NCBI GenBank assembly: GCA_965199755.1
Contig: CBDASZ010000001.1
Coordinates: 256,001-320,000 of the forward strand
Length of the DNA stretch: 64,000 nt
Direction: 5' to 3'
Origin: an uncultured candidatus Porisulfidus sp.
Lineage (GTDB): Bacteria; Pseudomonadota; Gammaproteobacteria; Poriferisulfidales; Poriferisulfidaceae
This document shows, piece by piece, positions 46,946 through 57,210 of the stretch. Every line of letters begins with the position of its first letter. The first letter of the stretch is position 1. The position numbers were made by a program, and so were the translations under genes. The notes beneath the pieces were generated by a model, which saw only the letters and a program-made list of their open reading frames with translations, did no database searches and was not told where the DNA came from.

Positions 46946-49022
46946 CAAGGGTTCCGTGTGTGTGCATCAGGGCTTCTTGCGCAGCGTAGCGCTTGTGGCC
47001 GCGGCCAATCGCGGGCTGCACGTAGTTGCCGTCCGGCTGCAACTCCCAACTCTGGCAGTTGTCCCGGAAATAAACCTCAAAACTTTCATGCATGATGCGT
47101 TTGCGGATGTCTTGATCCAGCACCGGGAACATGGTCTCGACGCGATTGTGGATATTGCGCGTCATCCAGTCGGCGCTCGACAGATACATTTCCTCGCTGT
47201 CCGGGGTTTTGAAGTAGAACACCCGTGTGTGTTCCAGAAAGCGGCCGATGAGGGCGCGGATGCGGATGTTGTCTGACAGGCCGGGCAAGCCGGGACGCAA
47301 GCGGCATTCGCCGCGCACCAGCAATTCAATGGTGACGCCGGCCTGTGATGCTTCATAAAGCGCGTCAACAACCTGATATTCGGTTAGCGCGTTCATTTTG
47401 GCATACAGGATTGCCTCGCCACCTTCCCGGGCGACCTCAGCCAGCGCGTCAATCTTCTCGAGCAGGCCCTTGCCCAAAGTCAGCGGTGACTGGTACATCA
47501 GACGCAGCTGCGGTGCGCGGCCGAGACTGGCGACCTGCAGGAAGATTTTCTGCACGTCCTCGCACAATTCCTGATTGGACGTCAGCAAGCCATAGTCGGT
47601 GTAGAGCCGGGTGGTGACCGGATGGTAGTTGCCGGTGCCGAGATGCGCGTAGCGACGCAGGCCATGCGCGCTGCGGCGTACCACCAGAATCATCTTGGCA
47701 TGGGTTTTGTGCCCGACCACGCCATACAGGACCTGCGCGCCCGCTTGCTCCAGACGATGCGCGAGCTGAATGTTCGCTTCCTCATCAAACCGCGCGCTCA
47801 ATTCAACAATCACGGTCACCTCTTTGCCGGAGCGTGAGGCGGACTCCAGAATGTCGGCGAGTTCGGAACTCAGACCGGTGCGATAGATGGTCTGCTTGAT
47901 CGCGACCACTTGCGGGTCTGCGGCGGCTTCGCGCAAGAAGCGAATGGTGTGCTCGAAGGAGTCAAACGGATGGTGCAGCAGCAAGTCGCGTTGATCCAGC
48001 ATGCGGAACATGGACGCCTGCTTTTGCACCGTGGTCTGCGGCAGGTTGCTGGGGCGATAGGGCGGGTAGCGCAAATCCGGGCGGTCGATCATCTCCGGGA
48101 AAGTCATCAGGCGGTACAGATTGACCGGCCCGTTGACCTCGTAGACGCTGTCGCTGTCGAGTTGATACTGATCGCACAAAAAGTCGATCACGTCGCGCGG
48201 ACAGTCATCCACCACTTCCAGTCGCACGGCTTCGCCGTACTGGCGTTCCGGCAATACGCCGGCCAGCACATCGCGTAGCGACTCCACTTCCTCCTCATCG
48301 ACGAACAGATTGCTGTCCATGGTGACCCGAAACTGGTGGCAGCCCTTAATTTTCAGGCCGGGGAACAATTCGTTGAGGTTGTCGTGGATGATCGAGGATA
48401 GGAACACGTAGTTGTCGCCGCCGGGGCTGACTTCATCCGGCAGACGCACGATGCGCGGGAGTGAGCGCGGCGCGGTGACGACCGCATACTCCGTACTGCG
48501 TCCGTACGCATCCTTGCCAGACAACTTCACCATGAAGTTGAGACTTTTGTTTTGTACGCGCGGGAACGGATGGCGACTGTCGAGTCCAAGCGGTGACAGT
48601 ACCGGCAGGATGTTACGCTGGAAATACTCTGCGACCCAGGCGCGCTGTTCCGGGTTCCACTCGCGCCGCCGCAAGAAGTTGATGTTGCGCGCGCGTAGCG
48701 CCATCAGTACGCTTTTCTGCAACAGACGGTACTGCACCTTCACGATGTCGTGCGCCTCACGGGAGATTTCCTCCAGTATTTCGCGCGCCGACAAGCCTTC
48801 GCCGCTTTTGCGCTCGGTGCCGTATTTGACCAGTTGTCGCAGCGCCGCCACACGCACCTCGAAGAACTCATCAAGGTTGCGGCTCGCGATGCATAAAAAG
48901 CGCAGTCGCTCCAGAATCGGGGTTCCCTTGTCTGCCCCCTGCATGACCACGCGGCGGTTGAACTGCAACTGTGAGATTTCGCGGCAGTTGTAGCGCTTCT
49001 CAGGCGGACTCTCAGGGGTCAT
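46929..49022 (-). CDS. ppk1: Polyphosphate kinase 1
   Basis: NLDEFFEVRVA, HHPFDSF, IKQTIYR, ARFDEEANI, KTHAK, GTGNY, GRFLEH, SSADWMTRN. Confidence 0.97.
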   Translation of the reverse strand: MTPESPPEKRYNCREISQLQFNRRVVMQGADKGTPILERLRFLCIASRNLDEFFEVRVAALRQLVKYGTERKSGEGLSAREILEEISREAHDIVKVQYRLLQKSVLMALRARNINFLRRREWNPEQRAWVAEYFQRNILPVLSPLGLDSRHPFPRVQNKSLNFMVKLSGKDAYGRSTEYAVVTAPRSLPRIVRLPDEVSPGGDNYVFLSSIIHDNLNELFPGLKIKGCHQFRVTMDSNLFVDEEEVESLRDVLAGVLPERQYGEAVRLEVVDDCPRDVIDFLCDQYQLDSDSVYEVNGPVNLYRLMTFPEMIDRPDLRYPPYRPSNLPQTTVQKQASMFRMLDQRDLLLHHPFDSFEHTIRFLREAAADPQVVAIKQTIYRTGLSSELADILESASRSGKEVTVIVELSARFDEEANIQLAHRLEQAGAQVLYGVVGHKTHAKMILVVRRSAHGLRRYAHLGTGNYHPVTTRLYTDYGLLTSNQELCEDVQKIFLQVASLGRAPQLRLMYQSPLTLGKGLLEKIDALAEVAREGGEAILYAKMNALTEYQVVDALYEASQAGVTIELLVRGECRLRPGLPGLSDNIRIRALIGRFLEHTRVFYFKTPDSEEMYLSSADWMTRNIHNRVETMFPVLDQDIRKRIMHESFEVYFRDNCQSWELQPDGNYVQPAIGRGHKRYAAQEALMHTHGTLDETYL

Positions 49023-49082
49023 GTTCAGAATCGACGTATAGAGTGGCGGGATACTCTCATGTCGGGAGGTGCTGGTACGGTA

Positions 49083-50111
49083 TCAGAATTTTCGTAGTAC
49101 CGAGAAGTTAGCGACTTCATTGAGGGCATCGCGCCACCGCGTGTCGCCGATCACATCGAGATTCTGCCGGGCGCGCTGCGCGAATCCTTGCGCACGCTCC
49201 AGCGAGTAGTCGATCGCGCCACAACGATGCATGATGGCATTGACTTCGCTGATCTGTTCGCGCTGGCCGTCCTGAATGACATGCTCCAGAAATTCTCGAT
49301 CGGCGGATTCCGCCTGCCTCAGGGCATAAATATACGGCAGCGTCATGCGGCCACCTGCCAGGTCGTCGCCGATGCTCTTGTCCGCTTCTCCATTGTGCTC
49401 CAGGTAGTCAATGGCGTCATCGGCGATTTGGAACGCGGCACCAAGCAGGCGACCGTAATCCGCCAGCGCCTCAATATGCGCGGATTCCGCCTCTTCAATA
49501 CAGGCGGCGGCTTTACAGGAGGCCTCAAAAAGTTTGGCTGTCTTGCCTTCAATGATGATCAGGTAGTCTTCTTCGCTGAGCGCGATCTGGCGCGCATGCA
49601 TCAACTCCATCAGTTCGCCTTCAGCGATTGCCTTGCTCGCGTCGGCCAGAATCTGAGTTAGTCGGGCGCGGTTGATTTCCGCGATCATGCCGAAGGCGCG
49701 CGCGAAGAAGAAGTCTCCGGTCAGCACGCTGGCGTCATTGCCCCACAAGACATGGGCGGTGTCGCGTCCGCGCCGCATCACGGATTCATCAACGACATCG
49801 TCATGCAGCAGTGTGGCCGTGTGGATGAACTCCACTACGCTCGCCAGCAACAAGGTTGCTTTACGATCGCGCAGGCCACCGAGCGCGTAACCGCACAACA
49901 CCACCAGCGCCGCGCGCAGGCGCTTGCCGCCTGCCTCCACGATATGGCTTGCGATGCGGTTGGCCAGTTCCACGTCCGAGGCCATGTGCTCGCGTGCCAA
50001 CTGATCGACTTCCAGCAGGTCTTTCTCGATCAGTTTGCGTATTTTCTGCAGGCCGATGCGTGAGCGCGGCAAGGTCATGTCCGAGGTGATTTCAGCGGTG
50101 CTTGGACTCAT
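49083..50111 (-). CDS. ispB: Octaprenyl-diphosphate synthase
   Basis: GGKRLR, EFIHTATLLHDDVVDES.MRRG, KTA.LF, FQIADD, GDDL; start uncertain. Confidence 0.92.
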   Translation of the reverse strand: MSPSTAEITSDMTLPRSRIGLQKIRKLIEKDLLEVDQLAREHMASDVELANRIASHIVEAGGKRLRAALVVLCGYALGGLRDRKATLLLASVVEFIHTATLLHDDVVDESVMRRGRDTAHVLWGNDASVLTGDFFFARAFGMIAEINRARLTQILADASKAIAEGELMELMHARQIALSEEDYLIIIEGKTAKLFEASCKAAACIEEAESAHIEALADYGRLLGAAFQIADDAIDYLEHNGEADKSIGDDLAGGRMTLPYIYALRQAESADREFLEHVIQDGQREQISEVNAIMHRCGAIDYSLERAQGFAQRARQNLDVIGDTRWRDALNEVANFSVLRKF

Positions 50112-50131
50112 GGTGCTTGGGTATTTTCGGG

Positions 50132-50527
50132 TTATTCCTGTGCGCGCGCCCAGGAGAAGGAGCAGTCCAGTTCGGCGCGCACGCGGCACAGGCCATTGAT
50201 GCCATCATCCAGCATCAATGATAACGGGGTGCGGCTTCTGAAGCGTCGGTGCGGCGTGACCAGCCAGCGTGCGCCAATCTTGCTGTTGCGCGGAAACGAA
50301 GTGCGCAAGGCCTCGGCAATGCCGATGATGTGCTGCGCGCGAGTCAGCAGGGAAGACACCTCCGGCAGCGGCTTGCCAGAGCGAAACTGATCGAGTTGCC
50401 GGCGTCGGGTCGCGCCGCTGAGGTCCAGCAGTGAGACGATTTCATCCGTACTGAGGCTCCATTGATCCAGAGCCGCCATAACTTGACGCGCCATCAGTTC
50501 CCGGTTGACCTCAACGGTGTCGCTCAT
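50132..50527 (-). CDS. DUF2384 / Xre-MbcA-ParS C-terminal-like conserved protein
   Basis: LDQW.LS..EIVSLL HTH-like start; WLVTPHRRFRSRTPL.LM; ends LDCSFSW. Confidence 0.7.
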   Translation of the reverse strand: MSDTVEVNRELMARQVMAALDQWSLSTDEIVSLLDLSGATRRRQLDQFRSGKPLPEVSSLLTRAQHIIGIAEALRTSFPRNSKIGARWLVTPHRRFRSRTPLSLMLDDGINGLCRVRAELDCSFSWARAQE

Positions 50528-50817
50528 GTGTCTCGCGGCACCTTTGTGCCGGGCATGGAGACGCTGTGCGTGGTCTTTGGTTCATCACCATAGCGTGGAC
50601 GCTCTGAGGCTTCAAGCCCGCCTTCTTCAAGCAGTTCGCGCTCTCGCGCGGCAATCAACTCGAAGGCTTTGCGGATGTCCTGAATGGTGGATTCGGACAA
50701 CGGATGCTTCATGCCGGGCTGCGGCGTCACCTCGCGTACAATCTGCGACAGCAACTTGCGCATACTGACCAGAATTCGTTGTTCGATGCTTCGTTCCATG
50801 AGCGCAGTGCCGGACAT
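50524..50817 (-). CDS. Conserved small hypothetical protein
   Basis: EQRIL..MRK.L..IVREVTP.PGMKHPLS..TIQDIR..F.LI.ARE.EL...RP.Y.DEP; ATGA-coupled to the next gene. Confidence 0.75.
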   Translation of the reverse strand: MSGTALMERSIEQRILVSMRKLLSQIVREVTPQPGMKHPLSESTIQDIRKAFELIAARERELLEEGGLEASERPRYGDEPKTTHSVSMPGTKVPRDT

Positions 50818-50872
50818 CCAAAGCAGTATAGCAATCTAGGCCGGAATCAGGCAGTAAAGACTGGCACGGCGG

Positions 50873-50948
50873 TGGTGGCCAGAGACGGAATCGAACCGCC
50901 GACACGAGGATTTTCAGTCCACTGCTCTACCGACTGAGCTATCTGGCC
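50873..50948 (-). tRNA. tRNA-Phe (GAA)
   Basis: Reverse complement GGCCAGATAGCTCAGTCGGTAGAGCAGTGGA-CT-GAA-AA-TCCTC...GGTTCGATTCC...CTGGCC-A-CCA. Confidence 0.95.
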
Positions 50949-50995
50949 ACAAATCTTGGGGATGCCCCGTCCAGATAAGGCGCACAATTATACGT

Positions 50996-51946
50996 TCAGG
51001 CGCGTGTCAGCTGCGCGTGCATTTCCCGAGTGGCTCCCACCAGCGCCGTAGTAATGCCCTGTTCAAGTGCCGAATGGCCGGCTTCCGCGACCAGGTCCAG
51101 CCGCGCACTGGGCCACACCTGATGCAAGGCAAAAGCCTGATCAATCGGGCACACAATATCGTAGCGCCCGTGCACAATCACACCAGGAATCTTCTGCAGC
51201 CGATCTGCCTGCTGCAGTAACTGGTTTTCCGGCAGAAAGATGTCATTGACAAAATAGTGACACTCGATTCGCGCCAGTGACAAGGCGGTATGCGGCTCCG
51301 TAAAACTTTCAATGACACGCGCGTTGTGCTGCAGGTTGGAGCAGCGCGCCTCCCACAACGACCATGCCTTGGCAGCCTTCATGCACACCAGTTCATCATC
51401 GCCAGTCAGACGCTGGTAGTACGCCGCCATCATGTCGCCGCGTTCCGACTCAGGGATAGGCTCCAGATAATCTTCCCAGTAATCAGGGAACAGAATATCC
51501 GCGCCGTCTTGATAAAACCACAGCAAGTCGCGTCTCCGGCACAGGAAAATGCCGCGCAGGATCAGGCCCAGCACCCGCTCACTGTGCGCCTCGGCGTAGG
51601 CGAGCGCCAGCGTGGAACCCCAGGAGCCTCCAAAAATGAGCCATTCATTGATGCGCAATTCTTCGCGGATGCGTTCAATGTCGGCGACCAAATGCGGGGT
51701 AGTGTTGTCGGTCAGATCCGCATGCGGCGTGGACTGGCCGCAGCCGCGCTGATCAAACAGGATGATGCGGTAGTTTTCAGGGTCAAAAAACTGACGGTGA
51801 TACTCTTCGCACCCGGCTCCCGGTCCACCGTGTAAAAATAACACTGGCAAGCCGTCCGCACTTCCGCACTCCTCCAAGTACAGCGTATGCCGCGCGTCCA
51901 CCTGTAGATGATGTGTGGCGTAGGGGCGGATGGCAGGATAGAGCAT
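50996..51946 (-). CDS. pip: Proline iminopeptidase
   Basis: LHGGPG, FDQRGCG.STP, FGGSWGSTL, GRYD, AGHS. Confidence 0.95.
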   Translation of the reverse strand: MLYPAIRPYATHHLQVDARHTLYLEECGSADGLPVLFLHGGPGAGCEEYHRQFFDPENYRIILFDQRGCGQSTPHADLTDNTTPHLVADIERIREELRINEWLIFGGSWGSTLALAYAEAHSERVLGLILRGIFLCRRRDLLWFYQDGADILFPDYWEDYLEPIPESERGDMMAAYYQRLTGDDELVCMKAAKAWSLWEARCSNLQHNARVIESFTEPHTALSLARIECHYFVNDIFLPENQLLQQADRLQKIPGVIVHGRYDIVCPIDQAFALHQVWPSARLDLVAEAGHSALEQGITTALVGATREMHAQLTRA

Positions 51947-51997
51947 GAGCAAGCAGGACTTTCCCGGACATTCTATACCTGAATGCCGCGCTGTCGT

Positions 51998-52885
51998 ATG
52001 AGTTCCCCTGATTCACGTCTGTCGCTCGGACTGCTGGCGGTGCTGGCACGTCTGCCACTGAGCGTGTTGCGCCTGATAGGGGGTGTGGCCGGGCTGGTCG
52101 CGGTAGTGCTCAGCCGTCGGCGGCGGCGTATCTGCATGAAGAATTTACGGGCGTGCTACCCGAACCGGAATCATATCTGGCGCTGGTGCATGGCGTGCCG
52201 GAGTCTGATCCATGAGATGTGCACCCTGTTGGAGATGCCTCATCTGTGGCGTTGCTCACTTGAGCAAATCAACGCATTGGTGGTGCGCCAGTCCGGCATG
52301 GAGTTGCTTGAAGCGCAGCGCCAGCGTGGCGCGGGTGTGATTTTCATTACGCCGCACTTCGGCAGTTGGGAGATGAGCGGACTGTACCTGAGCGGACAGA
52401 CGCGACTGTTTTCAATGTATCGCCCCTTGAAGTCGCAAGTGCTTAATCAGTTCGTCAAGCAGGGGCGACAGCAGGTTGGTGCCACGCTGGTGCCGGCTGA
52501 TCGAACCGGGATTCGGGAGTTGATGCAGGCTCTGGATGACGGGCATGCCGTTGGAATACTGCCGGATCATGTGCCGAGACACAAGGGGGAAGGGGTGCTT
52601 GCGCCATTTTTTGGAGTGCCGGCGAGTACTGCCGTGCTGGTTTCGAGTTTGGCGCGACGCAAGGATGTAACGGTGTTGATGGCGCTGTCACAGCGTTGCC
52701 GAGGAGGTTACGCATTCAGCTTGCAGGAAGTGGACCCACGTGTGTATGCGGAGGATCGCGTGGAGGCCGCGACTGGGATCAATGCGACAGTGGAGATGGG
52801 AGTCTCCTGCGATGTGGCGCAGTACTGGTGGAGTTATCCGCGATTCCGCAAGCGGCTCATGGAACCGGAGTCTTTGTATCGGTAG
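51998..52885 (+). CDS. Lipid A late acyltransferase (LpxL/HtrB family)
   Basis: TPHFGSWE, GILPDH, APFFG, QYWWSYPRFR. Confidence 0.9.
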   Translation: MSSPDSRLSLGLLAVLARLPLSVLRLIGGVAGLVAVVLSRRRRRICMKNLRACYPNRNHIWRWCMACRSLIHEMCTLLEMPHLWRCSLEQINALVVRQSGMELLEAQRQRGAGVIFITPHFGSWEMSGLYLSGQTRLFSMYRPLKSQVLNQFVKQGRQQVGATLVPADRTGIRELMQALDDGHAVGILPDHVPRHKGEGVLAPFFGVPASTAVLVSSLARRKDVTVLMALSQRCRGGYAFSLQEVDPRVYAEDRVEAATGINATVEMGVSCDVAQYWWSYPRFRKRLMEPESLYR

Positions 52886-52982
52886 TTTGCATTGTGTATC
52901 AGGGTAGTGTGGCCGTCGACATTGTTGCGGAGCACTGTGCAGGATACAATTTCATCATCTGGTGTTTAGCGAGGTGATACCT

Positions 52983-53264
52983 ATGTCTGAAAAAATGATC
53001 CCGAAGCCGCTTGCGCGTTCGGGGGACTCCCATTCCAATAAATTGCATATCACCGGGCCTGTGATGGCGGTTGATGTTCGCGCCACGTGCTTCCGACTCT
53101 GGGAAGATGATGAGGCCAGCGTGTGGGTTGAGTTTTCAGAAGGGCAAGAATCAGATGTCATCAGAGAAATTTTCAGTACGGTGCCTGATAAGGAATTGGA
53201 TAAATTGCCGACAGATTTGTCATATCAACTTGATCACTATCTTTATGGAGCGGACAAGCGGTGA
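52983..53264 (+). CDS. Putative antitoxin-like small protein
   Basis: GAGGTG RBS; C-terminal LPTDLSYQLDHYLYG motif of the kind seen in partners of PIN toxins; GTGA overlap with the PIN remnant. Confidence 0.65.
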   Translation: MSEKMIPKPLARSGDSHSNKLHITGPVMAVDVRATCFRLWEDDEASVWVEFSEGQESDVIREIFSTVPDKELDKLPTDLSYQLDHYLYGADKR

Positions 53265-53377
53265 AGACTGTTTTTGCTGATGCTTCGCATTGGGTTGCCA
53301 CCGCCAACCCTAATGATCAATGGCATAAGACATTGCTTAATGACAGATACATATTGGAATCGTACAGTCCACTGTGA
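53261..53377 (+). pseudogene. Truncated PIN/VapC toxin remnant (38 aa)
   Basis: Manual translation (M)KTVFADASHWVATANPNDQWHKTLL...stop matches a VapC N-terminus (VFxD...DxxH). Confidence 0.75.
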
Positions 53378-53450
53378 TGCACTTGAACCACATAAATTTC
53401 TTGTTACCACTTTGCAGGGTGCCAGTAGGGGAATCCCCATCTTGGTGACA

Positions 53451-53476
53451 AAGCACCCGTGAATACAAGGGTGCTT
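53451..53476. terminator. Hairpin between convergent genes (putative bidirectional terminator)
   Basis: AAGCACCC-N10-GGGTGCTT followed by ACTTTT. Confidence 0.6.
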
Positions 53477-53480
53477 ACTT

Positions 53481-54005
53481 TTATGAGGCGCTATCCGCCG
53501 CTTCATGCTCTTCAACCTCGTCGTCATCTTCCTCCTCCTGCAGCCTGCGTTTAATGTCCTGGATTCTTTCATTGAAGAGTTGCATGGTGGCGCGAAAACT
53601 GATCTCGGCTTCCTCGAAGTTGTCTGTTTCTATGGTGTCCCAATCCATCCCTGAGCGGCGTTCGCGCTCGTCTTTCATCTCGCGCATAAGGCGCAGGTAT
53701 TTACTCATGTCATCTTCCAGGCGCGTCAGCAGTTCAATGTCCACCTCATCGCCGATGGTCTGACCATCGTCGTCCTTGCACTGCACGACTTCCACCAGCG
53801 ACTTCGCAGACTGCACCAGATCTTCGGCATCATGGATTATCTGCACGCGCCGTGCTTGTTCCTCAACCCAGTCCTGCTGTTCGTCCTTGGCGACCATTCG
53901 CTCCCAGGATGCTTCAAACCCTGAAAATACAGCCTTAATCAGCCAGTGCACAATAAAAAAAGACAGGATCCAGATACCGATCCAAAACAGAATTACAACA
54001 TCCAT
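53481..54005 (-). CDS. Hypothetical membrane-anchored acidic coiled-coil protein
   Basis: GAGGAG RBS; N-terminal TM helix; D/E-rich helical remainder. Confidence 0.72.
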   Translation of the reverse strand: MDVVILFWIGIWILSFFIVHWLIKAVFSGFEASWERMVAKDEQQDWVEEQARRVQIIHDAEDLVQSAKSLVEVVQCKDDDGQTIGDEVDIELLTRLEDDMSKYLRLMREMKDERERRSGMDWDTIETDNFEEAEISFRATMQLFNERIQDIKRRLQEEEDDDEVEEHEAADSAS

Positions 54006-54215
54006 AATTGCTCCTCAAATGGCCCAAATCCCACGGCCGCACCCACACACTGTCGCATTGCTTTGATGCCTTTAATAATACCACTTCACTGATGCGTCGT
54101 TGCGAGCACACAGCATCCCGTACAATGCCAATGAGAGCATTTCGACCCTGATGTTGCGCCTGCGTGTCCCGATCATGTCACCGGTTCTGCCGTAACGCCA
54201 CCCGGAAACTTTCCC

Positions 54216-56165
54216 ATGTCTGCTCCTGAGCGTGTGTTTCCGGTCTTGCCCGAGACAGCGTGCGCCGCACTGATCAATGAAGAGCGGTATGGCGAACTGT
54301 ACCGCCATTCGATTGAAAACCCGGAAGCGTTCTGGCGCGAGCAGGGACGCTGTCTGGACTGGAGCCGTCCGTACACGCAGGTTCGGGATGTATCCTGGGA
54401 TGCCTCAGATTTGCACATTCGCTGGTTTCATGACGGGCGGCTGAATGCCTGTTACAACTGCATTGACCGGCACCTTGGTGATCGCGGTGATCAGATCGCC
54501 ATTTTGTGGGAGGGGGATGAGCCGGATCAGCAGCGCTCCCTCACATATCGCGAACTGCATGAGCAGACTTGCCGTTTCGCCAATGCGCTGAAGAAGGCGG
54601 GCGTGGCCAAGGGGGACCGAGTCACGATTTACATGCCGATGATTCCTGAGGCGGCCATTGCGATGTTGGCTTGCGCACGCATCGGCGCGATTCACTCGGT
54701 GGTGTTCGGCGGCTTCTCGCCGGAGGCGCTGGCGGGGCGCATTCAGGATGCCGACAGCACCTTGCTGATTACGGCGGATGAAGGTGTGCGCGGCGGGCGC
54801 AAGGTGCCTCTGAAAGCGAATGCGGATGCCGCGCTTGAGGCCTGTCCCGGAGTTCGCCACGTTGTGGTGGCGCGCAACACAGGTGGTGACATTGACTGGC
54901 GCGAAGGCCGTGATCTGTGGTGCCATGAACTGATGGCGGAGGTTTCAGCGGACTGTCCGGTGGAGGAAATGGATGCCGAGGATCCGTTGTTTATTCTGTA
55001 TACCTCTGGCTCGACCGGCAAGCCCAAGGGGGTGCTGCACACTACGGGTGGCTATCTGGTTTATGCGTCATTGACCCACCGTTATGTCTTTGACTATCAC
55101 GATCGGGAAATCTACTGGTGCACGGCGGATGTGGGCTGGGTGACCGGACACAGTTACATTGTGTACGGCCCGCTCGCCAACGGTGCCACCACACTGATGT
55201 TCGAGGGAGTGCCGAATTACCCGGACGCGGGACGTTTCTGGCAGATCTGCGACAAGCATCAGGTTGAATTGTTTTACACCGCGCCGACCGCCATTCGGGC
55301 CTTGATGCGCGAGGGCGAGGAACCTGTGCGGCGCAGTTCGCGCCAGTCATTGCGTGTTTTGGGGACGGTGGGAGAGCCGATCAATCCCGAGGCCTGGATG
55401 TTCTACCATCAGGTCATCGGCGACGGGCGCTGTCCGGTTGTGGATACGTGGTGGCAAACCGAAACCGGCGGCATGATGATCACGCCGCTGCCGGGCGCGA
55501 CGCCTCTGAAACCGGGCTCGGCGACTCGCCCGTTCTTCGGGATTCGTCCGATGCTGGTGGATGACGAGGGCCAGGAACTTGAAGGTGCCGCGGCGGGCAA
55601 TCTGTGCATCGCCGACAGTTGGCCGGGACAGATGCGCACGGTGTACGGCAGTCACGAACGCTTTGTGGACACGTACTTCCGCACCTATCCGGGGCGTTAT
55701 TTCACCGGCGACGGTGCGCGGCGGGACGCGGACGGATACTACTGGATCACCGGACGGGTCGATGATGTTTTGATGGTGTCTGCGCATCGCATGGGCACGG
55801 CGGAAGTGGAATCAGCGCTGGTGGCGCACGCGCAGGTGGCGGAAGCGGCTGTGGTGGGTTTTCCGCACAGCATCAAGGGTCAGGGAATCTACGTGTATGT
55901 CACTTTGCTCGCAGGGGTGGAGCCGACCGAGGATCTGCGCGAGGAATTGCGCCAGTGGGTGCGCGATGCCATCGGCCCGATCGCCACGCCAGATGTGATC
56001 CAGTGGGCCCCGGGGTTGCCGAAGACCCGTTCCGGCAAGATCATGCGGCGCATTCTGCGCAAAATTGCGACTGGCGAGTACGCGGACTTGGGCGACACCT
56101 CGACGTTGGCGGACCCGGCCGTGGTGGAAGAACTGATCGCCAACCGTGTGAGCCCGGAGGAGTAA
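54216..56165 (+). CDS. acs: Acetyl-CoA synthetase
   Basis: [37 protein letters not shown]. Confidence 0.97.
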   Translation: MSAPERVFPVLPETACAALINEERYGELYRHSIENPEAFWREQGRCLDWSRPYTQVRDVSWDASDLHIRWFHDGRLNACYNCIDRHLGDRGDQIAILWEGDEPDQQRSLTYRELHEQTCRFANALKKAGVAKGDRVTIYMPMIPEAAIAMLACARIGAIHSVVFGGFSPEALAGRIQDADSTLLITADEGVRGGRKVPLKANADAALEACPGVRHVVVARNTGGDIDWREGRDLWCHELMAEVSADCPVEEMDAEDPLFILYTSGSTGKPKGVLHTTGGYLVYASLTHRYVFDYHDREIYWCTADVGWVTGHSYIVYGPLANGATTLMFEGVPNYPDAGRFWQICDKHQVELFYTAPTAIRALMREGEEPVRRSSRQSLRVLGTVGEPINPEAWMFYHQVIGDGRCPVVDTWWQTETGGMMITPLPGATPLKPGSATRPFFGIRPMLVDDEGQELEGAAAGNLCIADSWPGQMRTVYGSHERFVDTYFRTYPGRYFTGDGARRDADGYYWITGRVDDVLMVSAHRMGTAEVESALVAHAQVAEAAVVGFPHSIKGQGIYVYVTLLAGVEPTEDLREELRQWVRDAIGPIATPDVIQWAPGLPKTRSGKIMRRILRKIATGEYADLGDTSTLADPAVVEELIANRVSPEE

Positions 56166-56172
56166 GGGTCTG

Positions 56173-57210
56173 ATGCGCGCTTCTACCGCTTTGTGTGAAC
56201 GGGTGCAGGCGAATTGCGACATCGCGGATGCGCGCCACGCCGGTTCGCTGACGATGTGCGTGTATTTGATGAAGATGCGCGAGTATTTCCGCTGGGAGAT
56301 GGGGCTGGATTTTGGTGCCAGTCTGCCGGGCGACGCGGTGGGCAAATGGATTCAGGAACGCGAGCGGCACTGGGAGGCTCTGGAAGACGAGACCTATCAG
56401 CCCTTGCGCATTCAGGGTCGGGACTACGATCCGTTCGATGCGGAGGGCATTAACCGGGCCTTGCTGCATGACGGTTATGTGTACAGCGCGGGTCTGGGTG
56501 CGCACGGGGTGCCGCATTTCTTTCTGGCGCGTTTAGAAGAGCGGCAGGAACGGGATCACTGTCAGATTTATGAAGCGCGCGAGGAATGCGCGCGGGATCT
56601 GACTGCGCCGCCAGCGATGAGTCTGGGTCGGACGATTTTCGTGCGCCGTGAATCCTTGCGCCGCATGCTGTGGGAGCGCCTGCAGGAATGGCGCTGGGAC
56701 CGGCGCGAAGGTGCCTTGGGTGAGGCGCTGGCGTGCTACCCCTTTGATGAGGATCTGGAAGGCGCGCTGGAGGCGATGACGCAGCGCGAGGCGCGCACTG
56801 CGGTGCTGCATGAGCTCGGCGAAATTGAAGTGGGTCGTGAACTGGGCGAGGACTGGCATGAGTTGCTGCATGCCTTGCCGCGCGGGCCGGTGGAATTGGG
56901 TCTGCGCGCGATGCGCGATCACTGGGCTGATTGTCAGTTCACGTTGCCGGCGCTTCTGGAAGCCGGAGATCGTCAGGCGCTGCTGTTCTATCGCGCCAGC
57001 CTGACGGCGATGCGGCGGCAGTTGTTTCCGGCGCTGGACACGGCCTTTGCGCAATGGCGCAAGAGTGATGATGTGCGCGTGCTGCAGGACACCCTCGCCC
57101 GCGGGCGGGAGCACTGGCGCGTGGCGGTGCCGCGACTGATGCGTCTGGGTTTGCAGAGTGCGGATACGGTCGCGACACTGACCCGGGAGATTGAGGTCGA
57201 GACCTTGTGA
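56173..57210 (+). CDS. Conserved hypothetical protein (Sfum_1244-like)
   Basis: VQANCDIADA...CVYLMKMREYFRWE, YDPFD, YSAGLG...PHFFL, E.ARDL.APPAM, LHELGE, RDHWAD. Confidence 0.75.
   Translation: MRASTALCERVQANCDIADARHAGSLTMCVYLMKMREYFRWEMGLDFGASLPGDAVGKWIQERERHWEALEDETYQPLRIQGRDYDPFDAEGINRALLHDGYVYSAGLGAHGVPHFFLARLEERQERDHCQIYEAREECARDLTAPPAMSLGRTIFVRRESLRRMLWERLQEWRWDRREGALGEALACYPFDEDLEGALEAMTQREARTAVLHELGEIEVGRELGEDWHELLHALPRGPVELGLRAMRDHWADCQFTLPALLEAGDRQALLFYRASLTAMRRQLFPALDTAFAQWRKSDDVRVLQDTLARGREHWRVAVPRLMRLGLQSADTVATLTREIEVETL

Noticed and set aside
50873-50948. T:T mismatch in the tRNA-Phe anticodon stem as a sign of a pseudo-tRNA
   Set aside because: A single mismatch in an otherwise canonical cloverleaf with CCA is insufficient evidence.
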